A stretch of DNA of 64,000 bases. Origin: a virus. The DNA lies in the IMG/VR virus record IMGVR_UViG_3300045988_120652. The stretch is one strand, 5' to 3'. Made by a program: the position numbers and the translations under genes. The notes below the pieces were generated by a model that made no database searches, was not told the DNA's origin, and saw only the letters and a program-made list of their open reading frames with translations. Numbering within the stretch: position 1 is the stretch's first letter; each line of letters begins with the position of its first letter. Below are positions 43,153 through 52,761 of this stretch, in pieces.

Positions 43153-45990
43153 ATGAACAGCAAACTCACAATTCTTGCCGACGGCAAGCCGCTCGCCCTA
43201 AAGGAAGACGCATCCATCAGCATAGAGTTGAGCAATCCTTTGTTCAACGACACCGAGATGTTCTCCTATCCCGTGGAGCTGCCCATCGAAGGCAACCGAC
43301 ATTTCCTAAAAAACGTGGATGATGTCAGCAGCGACATCCGTCCAGTGAGCTACGAACACACGCCGATGCAGATCATTGCCGACGGAGTGCCCTTTGCCTC
43401 CGGCACAGCCATCATTCAGGAAAACGAACGGATAGAAGACTCTCTCTCGCTCAATGTCGATGCAAGCACACAGTCGTTCTCCGACCTCATTAGCGACCTC
43501 AAGTGCAACGAAGTGCCTATACCGCAGAAATATCACGACCAGCTCTTGATAGGCGAGAAGATAGACAAGGTGGACGTGAGCGTGAAATACAACACGAGCG
43601 TTGTCATAAAATACGAAGGCAAGAAAGGCAATAAGAAGTATGGCTCGGTGGGCGAAGACAAGACCGAAGCGTCCTTTTCTCCGCAAGCTCTCGGCTTCTC
43701 TTATCCGGCGCAATGTGTGGAGGAAGGCAACAATCACGAAGCCAAGCTGAAGAAGACTTACACCTATCCGCGCGGCAACGAAGTTAAGGTGCCCGAAGTG
43801 CTGAAATCATATATCAACGTAAGCGACCCCTACCCTCTGAAGCCATACTGCAATGCCCGTGTCTGCTATAAGCATTACGATATTGACGAAAAAGGAGAAA
43901 CATCATCCGATGTAGTAAATTCTATCACCGGTCGTGATGGTGAGAACAACCTAAGCACACTGGAGCAGGAAATGTACGAAGACCGTGGTCCTGTATGGGT
44001 ATTGGATGCCGACCGCCCGCAGTCGGGCATCTGCTTCTATGTGCTGTTCTTCCTCGACTGTCTCTTTGAACATCTTGGCGTACAGTTCGACAATTCGGCT
44101 CTTACAGCCATCGGCGACTTGAACCGCTTATGCTTCTTCACCACAAAATGCGCCTACAACATCGAACCGCTTTATGCCAAGGAAACCTACAAGGAGAACG
44201 ATAAAGAGGTTATTGCCGGACTGAAAAAAAAGGGCGACGTGAAGGTTGGCTTTTTCCAGAAACAAGCCAACAGCGAAAAGGACGTTGCTAATCTGTTCGA
44301 TGATGTAAACGCATGGCTCAGTTCGCGCGGTTGTGGCGGCAAACTGAAACTTGAAAATCCGAAAGACAAGAGCGTTCAGGAGGTGAAGTATCGCAAGGTG
44401 ACGTATAAGGTAGTAGAGAAGCCGTATGATGGTAGCTTCTACAACCAAGGCGTGTTTAAGGACACCGAGGTTGTGACGGTGGAAGATGATAGTTGGACTA
44501 CCGTCACTGTAGGCACCGATAAAGTGGCAAGCATCACTTGTAAGAGCACCATCAAGTCGGCACAGATGAGTGCAAGTATCTTCCGTATGTATGCCAATGA
44601 GCAGAACTTCCCTGCTGAGTCGGTATCAGATGTTATCAACTCGCTTGAGCAGCAGTTCGGCATTAAGTTTCATTACGACTACGAGCAGAAGAAGGTAACT
44701 GCCTATCTTATCCGTGACGTGTTCCGCAAGCAGAATCCCGACCCTCGCACCTTCCATGCCGAAGTGCTGTCTATGGTGCCCATGACGGAGAAGATAACCG
44801 GTGTACGTGCCGGATATGCAGCCGAGAGTGAGGCGAAAGAGCAGAAAGACAACGTAAAGAATGCCGTTAAGGATTTCAATACCGATTACGACTATATCGG
44901 ATACCCTAAAGACCACACCGTGACGAGTCTTACATATAAAGACATCATTCATCGTGTCAAGAATACTGAAATGAGCGTGTTCGTAGACCTTCAGACGGGC
45001 AACAAATATCGTGTAAAGATAGACAAGAATTTTACTGATGCAAGCAATATGGAGCCTCGCTTGTTTGAGGTGGCAGCCATGAAGGGAGTGGAAGTAGGTG
45101 ATTGTTCGACAATAAACGAAGACTTTATTCAGGAATTTAAGTCATCGTTCGTTCCCGTTGGTATGGTGGATGCCAACTATCGCAAAGCCCTATCGTCAAG
45201 CACGGGCAGCAAATGCGCCACTGACAACACAAAGCAACCTGCCGAGGTGGGCAAGCAATACAGCGGATATGAGTTTGGCGAGATAAACGGATCTTACGCC
45301 AAGACTCAGATGGCAGCTCTCATTGACGAGGATATGGAGCATGAGTTTGTGAAGCAGTACATCAAGAATACCATGTCGTCAATGGTAGCCGACTTCTACG
45401 TTACCGAAGAACTCTCGCTGCGTGAGAGCTATGACCCCTCGAAGACCGATGACGGCAACTCGCCCCTTCAGTCATACGATTGGGGCTTGTCGGTGGCTAT
45501 CATGCGAGGTGGCGGCGTGGACTCAACACACGAAGCCTATGATTACAACTATGACGGGTTCGGTAACTCCAAATGGCGCACCAAGGCGGGCGAGTATGCC
45601 CTGACTACCGACTCCATCGACCCCTACGGCGTAGAGTACGACTACAATGGCATTGAGCCGGGCAATGGTAACGAGGAGCGTTTCTCCCTGAAGCCTCGTG
45701 CTTGGGTGCAGCCCGAATGGGCAGATGCTCCGCTTGTGGTAAACACTCCGTCGGTCAAGAACCGTGGCTATGTAGACGTGTTCCTCGTCGATTACATCTA
45801 TTTTCTCCTACATCGCAAGAAGTATTACGTCAAGTGTCTTGCCTCTGTCGCTCAGATAGCCGATATTCAGAATCATTGGAAAGAGTGGTGGACCATCGAC
45901 GGCAAGAAATGCCTTATCAACAAGGTAAATGCTGACGTATCGGCAAAGGAAGGAATGGGAGAAGTAGAGCTTGAAATTTATAGCATTTAA
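43153..45990 (+). CDS. Large virion protein (baseplate/tail candidate)
   Basis: 945-aa ORF upstream of the fibre genes. Function is inferred from position only. Confidence 0.45.
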   Translation: MNSKLTILADGKPLALKEDASISIELSNPLFNDTEMFSYPVELPIEGNRHFLKNVDDVSSDIRPVSYEHTPMQIIADGVPFASGTAIIQENERIEDSLSLNVDASTQSFSDLISDLKCNEVPIPQKYHDQLLIGEKIDKVDVSVKYNTSVVIKYEGKKGNKKYGSVGEDKTEASFSPQALGFSYPAQCVEEGNNHEAKLKKTYTYPRGNEVKVPEVLKSYINVSDPYPLKPYCNARVCYKHYDIDEKGETSSDVVNSITGRDGENNLSTLEQEMYEDRGPVWVLDADRPQSGICFYVLFFLDCLFEHLGVQFDNSALTAIGDLNRLCFFTTKCAYNIEPLYAKETYKENDKEVIAGLKKKGDVKVGFFQKQANSEKDVANLFDDVNAWLSSRGCGGKLKLENPKDKSVQEVKYRKVTYKVVEKPYDGSFYNQGVFKDTEVVTVEDDSWTTVTVGTDKVASITCKSTIKSAQMSASIFRMYANEQNFPAESVSDVINSLEQQFGIKFHYDYEQKKVTAYLIRDVFRKQNPDPRTFHAEVLSMVPMTEKITGVRAGYAAESEAKEQKDNVKNAVKDFNTDYDYIGYPKDHTVTSLTYKDIIHRVKNTEMSVFVDLQTGNKYRVKIDKNFTDASNMEPRLFEVAAMKGVEVGDCSTINEDFIQEFKSSFVPVGMVDANYRKALSSSTGSKCATDNTKQPAEVGKQYSGYEFGEINGSYAKTQMAALIDEDMEHEFVKQYIKNTMSSMVADFYVTEELSLRESYDPSKTDDGNSPLQSYDWGLSVAIMRGGGVDSTHEAYDYNYDGFGNSKWRTKAGEYALTTDSIDPYGVEYDYNGIEPGNGNEERFSLKPRAWVQPEWADAPLVVNTPSVKNRGYVDVFLVDYIYFLLHRKKYYVKCLASVAQIADIQNHWKEWWTIDGKKCLINKVNADVSAKEGMGEVELEIYSI

Positions 45991-46019
45991 ATAATAACTA
46001 CTAAATAACAACTGAAGCA

Positions 46020-47066
46020 ATGGCAAGTTTACTTAGATTACATTCAGGTTCGGTATTTAATGGCAATCCTATTGTCTTCATCGTCTGGCCTATCGCACTT
46101 AAAGAAACGCCTTCGTTTCATCGTATGATATTCGAGGTGAAGTGTCGCATGAGTGGCATGAGTGACGGCAAATACGAGACAATAAAGATGTCCGAGCCTA
46201 TAAACAACGAAAAAGGCAATCCAATAACTGTAGATATTTCGTCTGCCCTGCGCTCCTTCCGCGACTCCTATGAGTATTCGCCTGAGCCAGGTGTTATGCC
46301 AGTAGTGAAATTTAACGTTTCGGCATACGACGAGTATATGACTAATGGCGAACTGCATAAGTCGGAACCCGTGTCGTATCTCGCTGGCGAGGACGTGAAG
46401 CAAACCTTGTTCGGTGGATTCTCTGACTACGACCGACTTATGGCTACAAACGACACTATGCCCGTTAGCCGAATGACTCGCAAGCCTACCACCATACCAC
46501 AGTTGGCGTGTGTAGGCGAAACCATCATCTACGTAGAGCCATACTCTCCTGCCGTTGACTTCACAACCGCCACATGGGAAGCTCCCGAAGCCAAAGCCTA
46601 CAAAATAACGGCAGAAGGCGCACAGACCGTAGGCGGACAGCAGCTCTTTGCCCTGCCTGCTTCCGAGGCAGCACGTCGCACGGAGTTCCGCTTCATCAAT
46701 TCGTTCGGCGTATTGGAGAGCGTCAGCGTGCCGAGAGTGTATAGCAAGAAACTTGGCATTACCACCACCAACTACACCGTGACACGGAAGGAAACACTAC
46801 GCTCGTTCTCTCGGGCTACAGTACGCAAGCAGGGCAACATGGAAGGTTGGAACTATATGACCGACCCGTTGGATGAAAAATGGCTCGCTTGGTATCTTCA
46901 CGAATTGCTCATGTCCGAACACGCATGGATAAACATCAACGGCAAGTTCCTGCCTTGCACCATTACAGCCGACGAAGAAATCTCGTTTGACGATAAGACT
47001 AAGGAAACGATGCACAGTGTGTCGTTCACGGCAAAACTCGACTTCCATGGAAGCACAATCATTTAA
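46020..47066 (+). CDS. Hypothetical tail-associated protein
   Basis: 348-aa ORF. Function is inferred from position only. Confidence 0.45.
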   Translation: MASLLRLHSGSVFNGNPIVFIVWPIALKETPSFHRMIFEVKCRMSGMSDGKYETIKMSEPINNEKGNPITVDISSALRSFRDSYEYSPEPGVMPVVKFNVSAYDEYMTNGELHKSEPVSYLAGEDVKQTLFGGFSDYDRLMATNDTMPVSRMTRKPTTIPQLACVGETIIYVEPYSPAVDFTTATWEAPEAKAYKITAEGAQTVGGQQLFALPASEAARRTEFRFINSFGVLESVSVPRVYSKKLGITTTNYTVTRKETLRSFSRATVRKQGNMEGWNYMTDPLDEKWLAWYLHELLMSEHAWININGKFLPCTITADEEISFDDKTKETMHSVSFTAKLDFHGSTII

Positions 47067-47131
47067 ATTAGGAATTACGAGTTAGGAGTTTTGAGTTAGG
47101 ATTTAAGAATTGGTCGTTTGCGTATGTCCGT

Positions 47132-50100
47132 ATGAATAAAACGTTTTATACTAAATTCGCAGTAGAAAAAACTAAATATATGACATTAACAACAACTAAA
47201 GACTATTGGGTCTCGCCCACTGCCCTACACATAGAACTTAACGCTATGTCACGCCCCGACTACGTACAGGCATCGTGTACCGGTGAAGCTCAGATACTTG
47301 TGTATGTCAAGGACATCATTGACTACGATGCTGGACATAACTATCGCCGTTGGCCATTGCAGGCCTCGCCTACTGTCTTTAATAGTCATTCTGAAAAATA
47401 TGTCTATGCGGCTATACCTCGTAGTCTAAATTCGGCTGCGTCCGCATGGATTGTTTTCCCTTCCGAACAGATTGATATCTACGGCAAAAACGAGAAAGAA
47501 GAGCAGATTGGTGACGAGCGTTTTTATTATATCTTCCTGCAAGGCATTATTACTTCTTCGGGCGATAACGGTACGGTAAATCGAGATTGGAAAGTTGAAT
47601 ATTTCTCTGGCTATTTGTCTTCCGACGAAGCTATCTCATCGATCTTGAACGATTCAGTTTGGTATAGCTACAGTACAGTGTCTAATACGGTCACATTTCT
47701 AAAGAATATGACCATGAAAGCGGGTACTTGGTTTCGTGATTTTTTCGCTAAGACCGTTACTATAGTGTCAGGCGGCAGTATCACGTTCGAAGGTGACAAA
47801 CAGGCTTCGTTGTCGGGTATAGCTCACGAAAACACTTCGCTTGAAGTAGAAGACCGAATCGTGACACCTAAATATCTTGACCTGAAAGCCCTCTCGAAAG
47901 TACATGACGATGAAGCGCAGGGAATGATCCGTTTTTTGAACGGGCTGAAACTCGGGAATACGGAAAAAGGACTAACAGGAGTAGGTGACGCTGTGCTGGG
48001 CGATGTTATCGTTGACCGTGTGCATGACGTGGACTCTACTCCTGCCGACCGTGTGGTTGTGGGCGCACAGGGCTTCGACCTGTACTTGGGCAAAGACGGC
48101 AAGAGTCACCTGTATATTGACTACCTGGTGGCGAGGGTGAAGGCTTTCTTCGCACAGTTGGAGATTCGCAGGGTGTCGTACTCGGGCGGCACGACTATCT
48201 TCTCGAACGCGGGCTCGACTATAGCAAAGGTAATGGAGCTGAAAAACGGCAATGAGACAGTGGCGTACAAGTGCTATGCCGTTGCCGACGACGGCACTAC
48301 GAAAACGATGAACTGGTGGCATGTGGGCATGATGGCGCTGTGTCAGACGTTCAACGTGAAGTCGGACACGAGCAATGATGTGTCGAACCGATACTATTGG
48401 CGACTTGTGGTTGACACCGGGCAGGAGGTGCTGGCTGACGGCAAGACTTACGACTATGTTGTGTTGTCGAACTTAAAGGATTTTGACGGCAATGGTACGG
48501 TGCACGGGGATATAAGACCGTTGTCTGCTTTGTTTGAGGAGTACGAGAAAAAGACTGCTGACGATAGCAAAACCCCGGTAGCGAGCCGTAGGTTTTACGG
48601 CTACGAGGCTGTGGACGGTGGCGAGCCTGACGCTCCTGCGGAGGGTGACGTGATTGTGCAGGTGGGCGACCAGATCAGGTGGGAGTCGTATGGCAATGTG
48701 ATAAAGCTCGCTACTTCGACCGAGGATAATAACACGGGCAATGCTCCTTCTATTACGATGTATCACGGCATTGGCGCGCCTCGCATGGTGGGCACTGCGG
48801 TCACGCCTTACGTATGGCAGGAGGTGACGTGTATTCTGTCGCCGGGGAAGGTGAGAATAAATGCTGACATGTTCGAGTTGTTTTCGGCCAGTACGGGCAA
48901 TGTGATTGAGCCTTACGTGGTGTCGTATGAGCTGGTGCCTACGAGCAGGACGCTTGTAAAGCACGACGACGGCACGACGACTCCGAATGGCTTCGGGGTG
49001 GACGTGATAAAGCGTGTGGGCAGCTCGAAGACGGTGCTAAAGGCTGATGAATACACGGTGAAGGCTGAGGTGACGTATGAGGATGGAAACACGGAGACGT
49101 TTAGTCTTGCTGACCTGTACGAGAGTGTACTTCGCAATCTGACTGCCTTGAAGCTGGTAGCTTGCAGCGCAAAGGATGCTACTGATGTGCTTGCAGAGAC
49201 AGACATTGCCGTGCTGAGTGACGGCAAGAAGGGCGCTGACGGTGCAAATGGAAACGACGGTGCAAACGGTACGGACGGTGAGAGTGCGATTGATGTGATA
49301 TGGTATCCTAATCCGCTTGTTATCAACACGACGAGCGACGGCAGTGGCAATGTGTATGCTGACTGTAGCAATGCTACGGCACGAGTGAGTTTTTGGCGCG
49401 ACAACGAAAATTGGGGAGAAAGATATATCGACCAAATCTCTGTGCAGAATGAGGTAAACTGCCATGCGACCGCCGAGATTCAGAATGGCGATTTTACGGT
49501 TAAGATATTAAGCATTGAACATGATAGTATAAAAACTAAAGACGGTAAGTCGATAACGGTGCCTCGTACTACTGCGAGCGTGACGATAGCAGCCCGCTAT
49601 TGGGTGACTGCGAGCATGTTCACTCACGTATTCGCAACGCTGTCTATCAACGTCAACGTATCGGCGGTGTGGGGCGGCATCGAGATGAATATGTACGGGT
49701 TGACAAGTAGTTTCTCTGAGATTAGCAATAAATACAATGGCCTACCGCTGAAGACACAGGGCGAGCTGACGGACTATACTTCGACTATCAAGCAGACGGC
49801 ACGGGATATTTCGCTGAAGGTGAGCGAAACGGCTGTGGGCAGGAAGAATATGCTTGTGGGCTGTGCGCTGAGACGGCAGGGTGAAGGAGTGAGAATACAA
49901 ACACAAGAAGGTGGCGGTATAGAGACTATCGGAGGCGTAGGCGGTGTGAATTGCGTTCACGTAGTAGCTACAACAGCGAATCACTACTCGGGATTATTCT
50001 GGTGGGGAATCACTCCCAATGATACGAAGTGTATAAAGATTGAAAAAAACAAGACTTACACGGCATCTGTTTGGGTGAAATGCGACAGAACTGATGCTAA

Positions 50101-51913
50101 GGTTTACATCGAGGCTAAGTGGGCGGAGACTGCAACTGGTGGCGAGCGCCTTGACTCCGTGATACAAAGCGGCGACAATCTGTTTTCTGTCAAGCAGGCG
50201 AACACATGGCAGTTCTGCTCGGTGACGTTCAACACCAACGACGAGACAAAGTTCAAGGACTACATCGAAATGAACTTTTGGGTTAACAACAAAACCGAGG
50301 GAATAACTACTAATGCCTGGTTCTGTCAACCCATGTTGGTCGAGGGCGACGAATATGTAGGATGGTCTATGTCGAAGGAGGATGCTGAGTATGTTGGCGG
50401 CAACCTGCTGGATAATACTGATACGCTGAAGACTGGCGGCACGCTGACAGTGGCGACTGAGAATACGTGGCTGCATCCGACAAACGGCAGCGCGGACGAA
50501 ATTGCACGGCAGACTTATAACGGTTGCGCTACGCTCAACTCGGACGCTCGCTACTATACGAAAAACATCGACACTGTACAGTGGGATTTGGGTGATACGG
50601 GCTTTATTAAGCGAGGACAGGACTATATGCTTAGTTTTTGGGCTAAAGGCAACAAGGGCGAACGTTTTTGTGCATATCTGTATAAGGACGGCTCGCAGGG
50701 TATTTATGCAGAGGTGCTTGACCATGTTGACGGGCATAACCAGCTGACAAGCGGTGACGGTTACGCCATGGTGGAGTTTGACAAGAATTATGAATGGAAG
50801 CAGTACTGGGTGCATTGGAGAGTGGTAGACAGCAATCTGCCTAAATACGTGCTTATACGCTGTGTGCAGGGTTGTAACCTCTGCATATCTCAGCCTAAGC
50901 TGGAGTATGGCGCTACGGTGACGGACTACACCACAAGCCGCTCTATGTCGTCGCGACTGCTTGACGCTGGCATAGACATAAACAGCAAGCAGATAATGCT
51001 GACGGCAGACAAGACTAAGTTCCGCACGCAGTCTGGGGATGAGGTGGCTGTGTTTGACGATAAGGGTATTAATGCAAAGCTGCTCAATGTGGATAATGCT
51101 GTTGCTAATGTAATAAAAACCAATGAATTGACAGCTAAAAATCTGAATGTGACAGGCAGCAGTACGTTCGGAATATGGAAGATTGAGCATGACAGTACTT
51201 ATAACTGCGACATCATCACTGCCAATGTTGATACGTGGGGAGGGGTGAACATAAGCGGCAGCATGATACAGTACACCCCTGCCTTTGTGAGGAGCGGCGA
51301 CCCTTTGAGCGGATACATGCGTGTGGGCGCTTACGTGACGGAGTTCGGCTTCGGCGAGAGCAGCGGTCAGTACTATTCTGGGGTGTGGCTGGGCAGGGCT
51401 GCATATACTGTTGCTAACGGAAAGCAGAACAGCTGGGGTCTGCCTTCGGCATACAAGATGGCGGATGAGTCTGTGGACGCGACGAAATTCGTAGCTTACG
51501 TATACTCGCCTTATAGCGGCAATACGCCGTCGGTGTACATGTACAAGCCGAAGGGTGGCGTGGTGATGGAGACGAATGCAGGTATACGTGCTGCCTTTAT
51601 CAGTCATGTGCACGACACTGGCAGCGATTCGGGTGCAGGTGACAGCACTGGACTCATAGTCACTACCAACAACAGCTACAGTATCACGGTGAAGCTGCCG
51701 AATAACCCTATAGCTGGACAGCAGGTGACGGTGGTGCAGAAGGGCCGCGGCAAGGTGAAAATAAAAAGCACAACGGCGAACATACGCACAGCTGGCGAGT
51801 CTTCGGCTACGCAGCAGCGTATTAGCGACTCGCAGGGACAGATAAGTCTTTTTGTGTTTGACGGCACTGACTGGAACTGCTCTTACTTTAACAGCAGAAT
51901 GTATTCGAGCTAA
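47132..51913 (+). CDS. Tail fibre / large receptor-binding structural protein
   Basis: 1593 aa with a collagen-like G-X-Y run GKKGADGANGNDGANGTDGES (about 49216-49278) and repeated CBM-like jelly-roll-type segments. The 539-aa antisense ORF 49994..51613 is rejected. Confidence 0.55.
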   Translation: MNKTFYTKFAVEKTKYMTLTTTKDYWVSPTALHIELNAMSRPDYVQASCTGEAQILVYVKDIIDYDAGHNYRRWPLQASPTVFNSHSEKYVYAAIPRSLNSAASAWIVFPSEQIDIYGKNEKEEQIGDERFYYIFLQGIITSSGDNGTVNRDWKVEYFSGYLSSDEAISSILNDSVWYSYSTVSNTVTFLKNMTMKAGTWFRDFFAKTVTIVSGGSITFEGDKQASLSGIAHENTSLEVEDRIVTPKYLDLKALSKVHDDEAQGMIRFLNGLKLGNTEKGLTGVGDAVLGDVIVDRVHDVDSTPADRVVVGAQGFDLYLGKDGKSHLYIDYLVARVKAFFAQLEIRRVSYSGGTTIFSNAGSTIAKVMELKNGNETVAYKCYAVADDGTTKTMNWWHVGMMALCQTFNVKSDTSNDVSNRYYWRLVVDTGQEVLADGKTYDYVVLSNLKDFDGNGTVHGDIRPLSALFEEYEKKTADDSKTPVASRRFYGYEAVDGGEPDAPAEGDVIVQVGDQIRWESYGNVIKLATSTEDNNTGNAPSITMYHGIGAPRMVGTAVTPYVWQEVTCILSPGKVRINADMFELFSASTGNVIEPYVVSYELVPTSRTLVKHDDGTTTPNGFGVDVIKRVGSSKTVLKADEYTVKAEVTYEDGNTETFSLADLYESVLRNLTALKLVACSAKDATDVLAETDIAVLSDGKKGADGANGNDGANGTDGESAIDVIWYPNPLVINTTSDGSGNVYADCSNATARVSFWRDNENWGERYIDQISVQNEVNCHATAEIQNGDFTVKILSIEHDSIKTKDGKSITVPRTTASVTIAARYWVTASMFTHVFATLSINVNVSAVWGGIEMNMYGLTSSFSEISNKYNGLPLKTQGELTDYTSTIKQTARDISLKVSETAVGRKNMLVGCALRRQGEGVRIQTQEGGGIETIGGVGGVNCVHVVATTANHYSGLFWWGITPNDTKCIKIEKNKTYTASVWVKCDRTDAKVYIEAKWAETATGGERLDSVIQSGDNLFSVKQANTWQFCSVTFNTNDETKFKDYIEMNFWVNNKTEGITTNAWFCQPMLVEGDEYVGWSMSKEDAEYVGGNLLDNTDTLKTGGTLTVATENTWLHPTNGSADEIARQTYNGCATLNSDARYYTKNIDTVQWDLGDTGFIKRGQDYMLSFWAKGNKGERFCAYLYKDGSQGIYAEVLDHVDGHNQLTSGDGYAMVEFDKNYEWKQYWVHWRVVDSNLPKYVLIRCVQGCNLCISQPKLEYGATVTDYTTSRSMSSRLLDAGIDINSKQIMLTADKTKFRTQSGDEVAVFDDKGINAKLLNVDNAVANVIKTNELTAKNLNVTGSSTFGIWKIEHDSTYNCDIITANVDTWGGVNISGSMIQYTPAFVRSGDPLSGYMRVGAYVTEFGFGESSGQYYSGVWLGRAAYTVANGKQNSWGLPSAYKMADESVDATKFVAYVYSPYSGNTPSVYMYKPKGGVVMETNAGIRAAFISHVHDTGSDSGAGDSTGLIVTTNNSYSITVKLPNNPIAGQQVTVVQKGRGKVKIKSTTANIRTAGESSATQQRISDSQGQISLFVFDGTDWNCSYFNSRMYSS

Positions 51914-51945
51914 TGCTAAAAAAGTCTAACATAATTGATTGAAAT

Positions 51946-52728
51946 ATGAAAAAGATTGTAAGAGGTAATGATTTTACGCTTCGCATCCCGGTGCGTAAAA
52001 TCGTGGGTGGGCAGACGGAAAAATTTCCGCTGCCTGCCTGTGAGGAGGTGGAGGTGAACCTTGTGAATGCCTTCAGGCGCAGAAAGCTGACGTTCGCGAT
52101 TAGTGCGGAAGACGACTCGCTGATAGAGGCTACGGTGCGAAGCTCGGAAATGGCACTCGGCTCATACGCCCTGGAGGTACACGGAAAGCTGTTCGGCTGT
52201 TCTTGGCGCAGTAACGAGTATGAGCAGATTATGCTCGTGGACAATAATGCCAAGGGTGATACGGCGTTTGGCGAGGTGATAGAGGGCGAGGACTCGGTGG
52301 AGATGGACACGGCTATCGTTGTGCTGCCTCCGAGCGTGGAGCTGGGCAAGCTGATTGAGAGCGCTGGCGAGGCTATCGGCAAGGTGGACGCTAAACTGAG
52401 CGAGGTGGACGTGCGCATAGACAAGGCTGTAGGGGATGCTGGCGCTGCTACCATATCGGCTAATACCGCTGCCGGATATGCTAACGAGCAGGGCGACCGT
52501 GCCAAGGCGCTGGCTGACCATCCGAACATCATCGGTGAGGACGGATATTGGATGAAGTGGAATGAGGAGACGGGAGAATATGAAAAAACAGACAAATACT
52601 CCAAGGGTTCGTTTGATTACCCGACGTTTGACGTGGTAGAAGGTAAGCTGATTGCCTGTATCACGGAGGGCGATATGGACAGATTCAAATTGTCGGAAGA
52701 AGGACATCTGCTCGTAGCACAGAACTAA
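51946..52728 (+). CDS. Hypothetical tail-fibre-associated protein
   Basis: 260-aa ORF between the two fibre-like genes. Confidence 0.5.
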   Translation: MKKIVRGNDFTLRIPVRKIVGGQTEKFPLPACEEVEVNLVNAFRRRKLTFAISAEDDSLIEATVRSSEMALGSYALEVHGKLFGCSWRSNEYEQIMLVDNNAKGDTAFGEVIEGEDSVEMDTAIVVLPPSVELGKLIESAGEAIGKVDAKLSEVDVRIDKAVGDAGAATISANTAAGYANEQGDRAKALADHPNIIGEDGYWMKWNEETGEYEKTDKYSKGSFDYPTFDVVEGKLIACITEGDMDRFKLSEEGHLLVAQN

Positions 52729-52761
52729 TACGAAGAACGATTTTTATAATAACAAGTGAAT

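Noticed and set aside
49994-51613. A 539-aa minus-strand ORF and other long antisense ORFs (36140..36922, 38109..38987, 14818..15699, 51888..52604, 53203..53937, 56271..56987, 31029..31337).
   Set aside because: They are shadow ORFs inside sense genes that carry recognisable motifs or domain logic. Their translations are low-complexity (Arg/His/Ser/Leu-rich) and they lack operon context.
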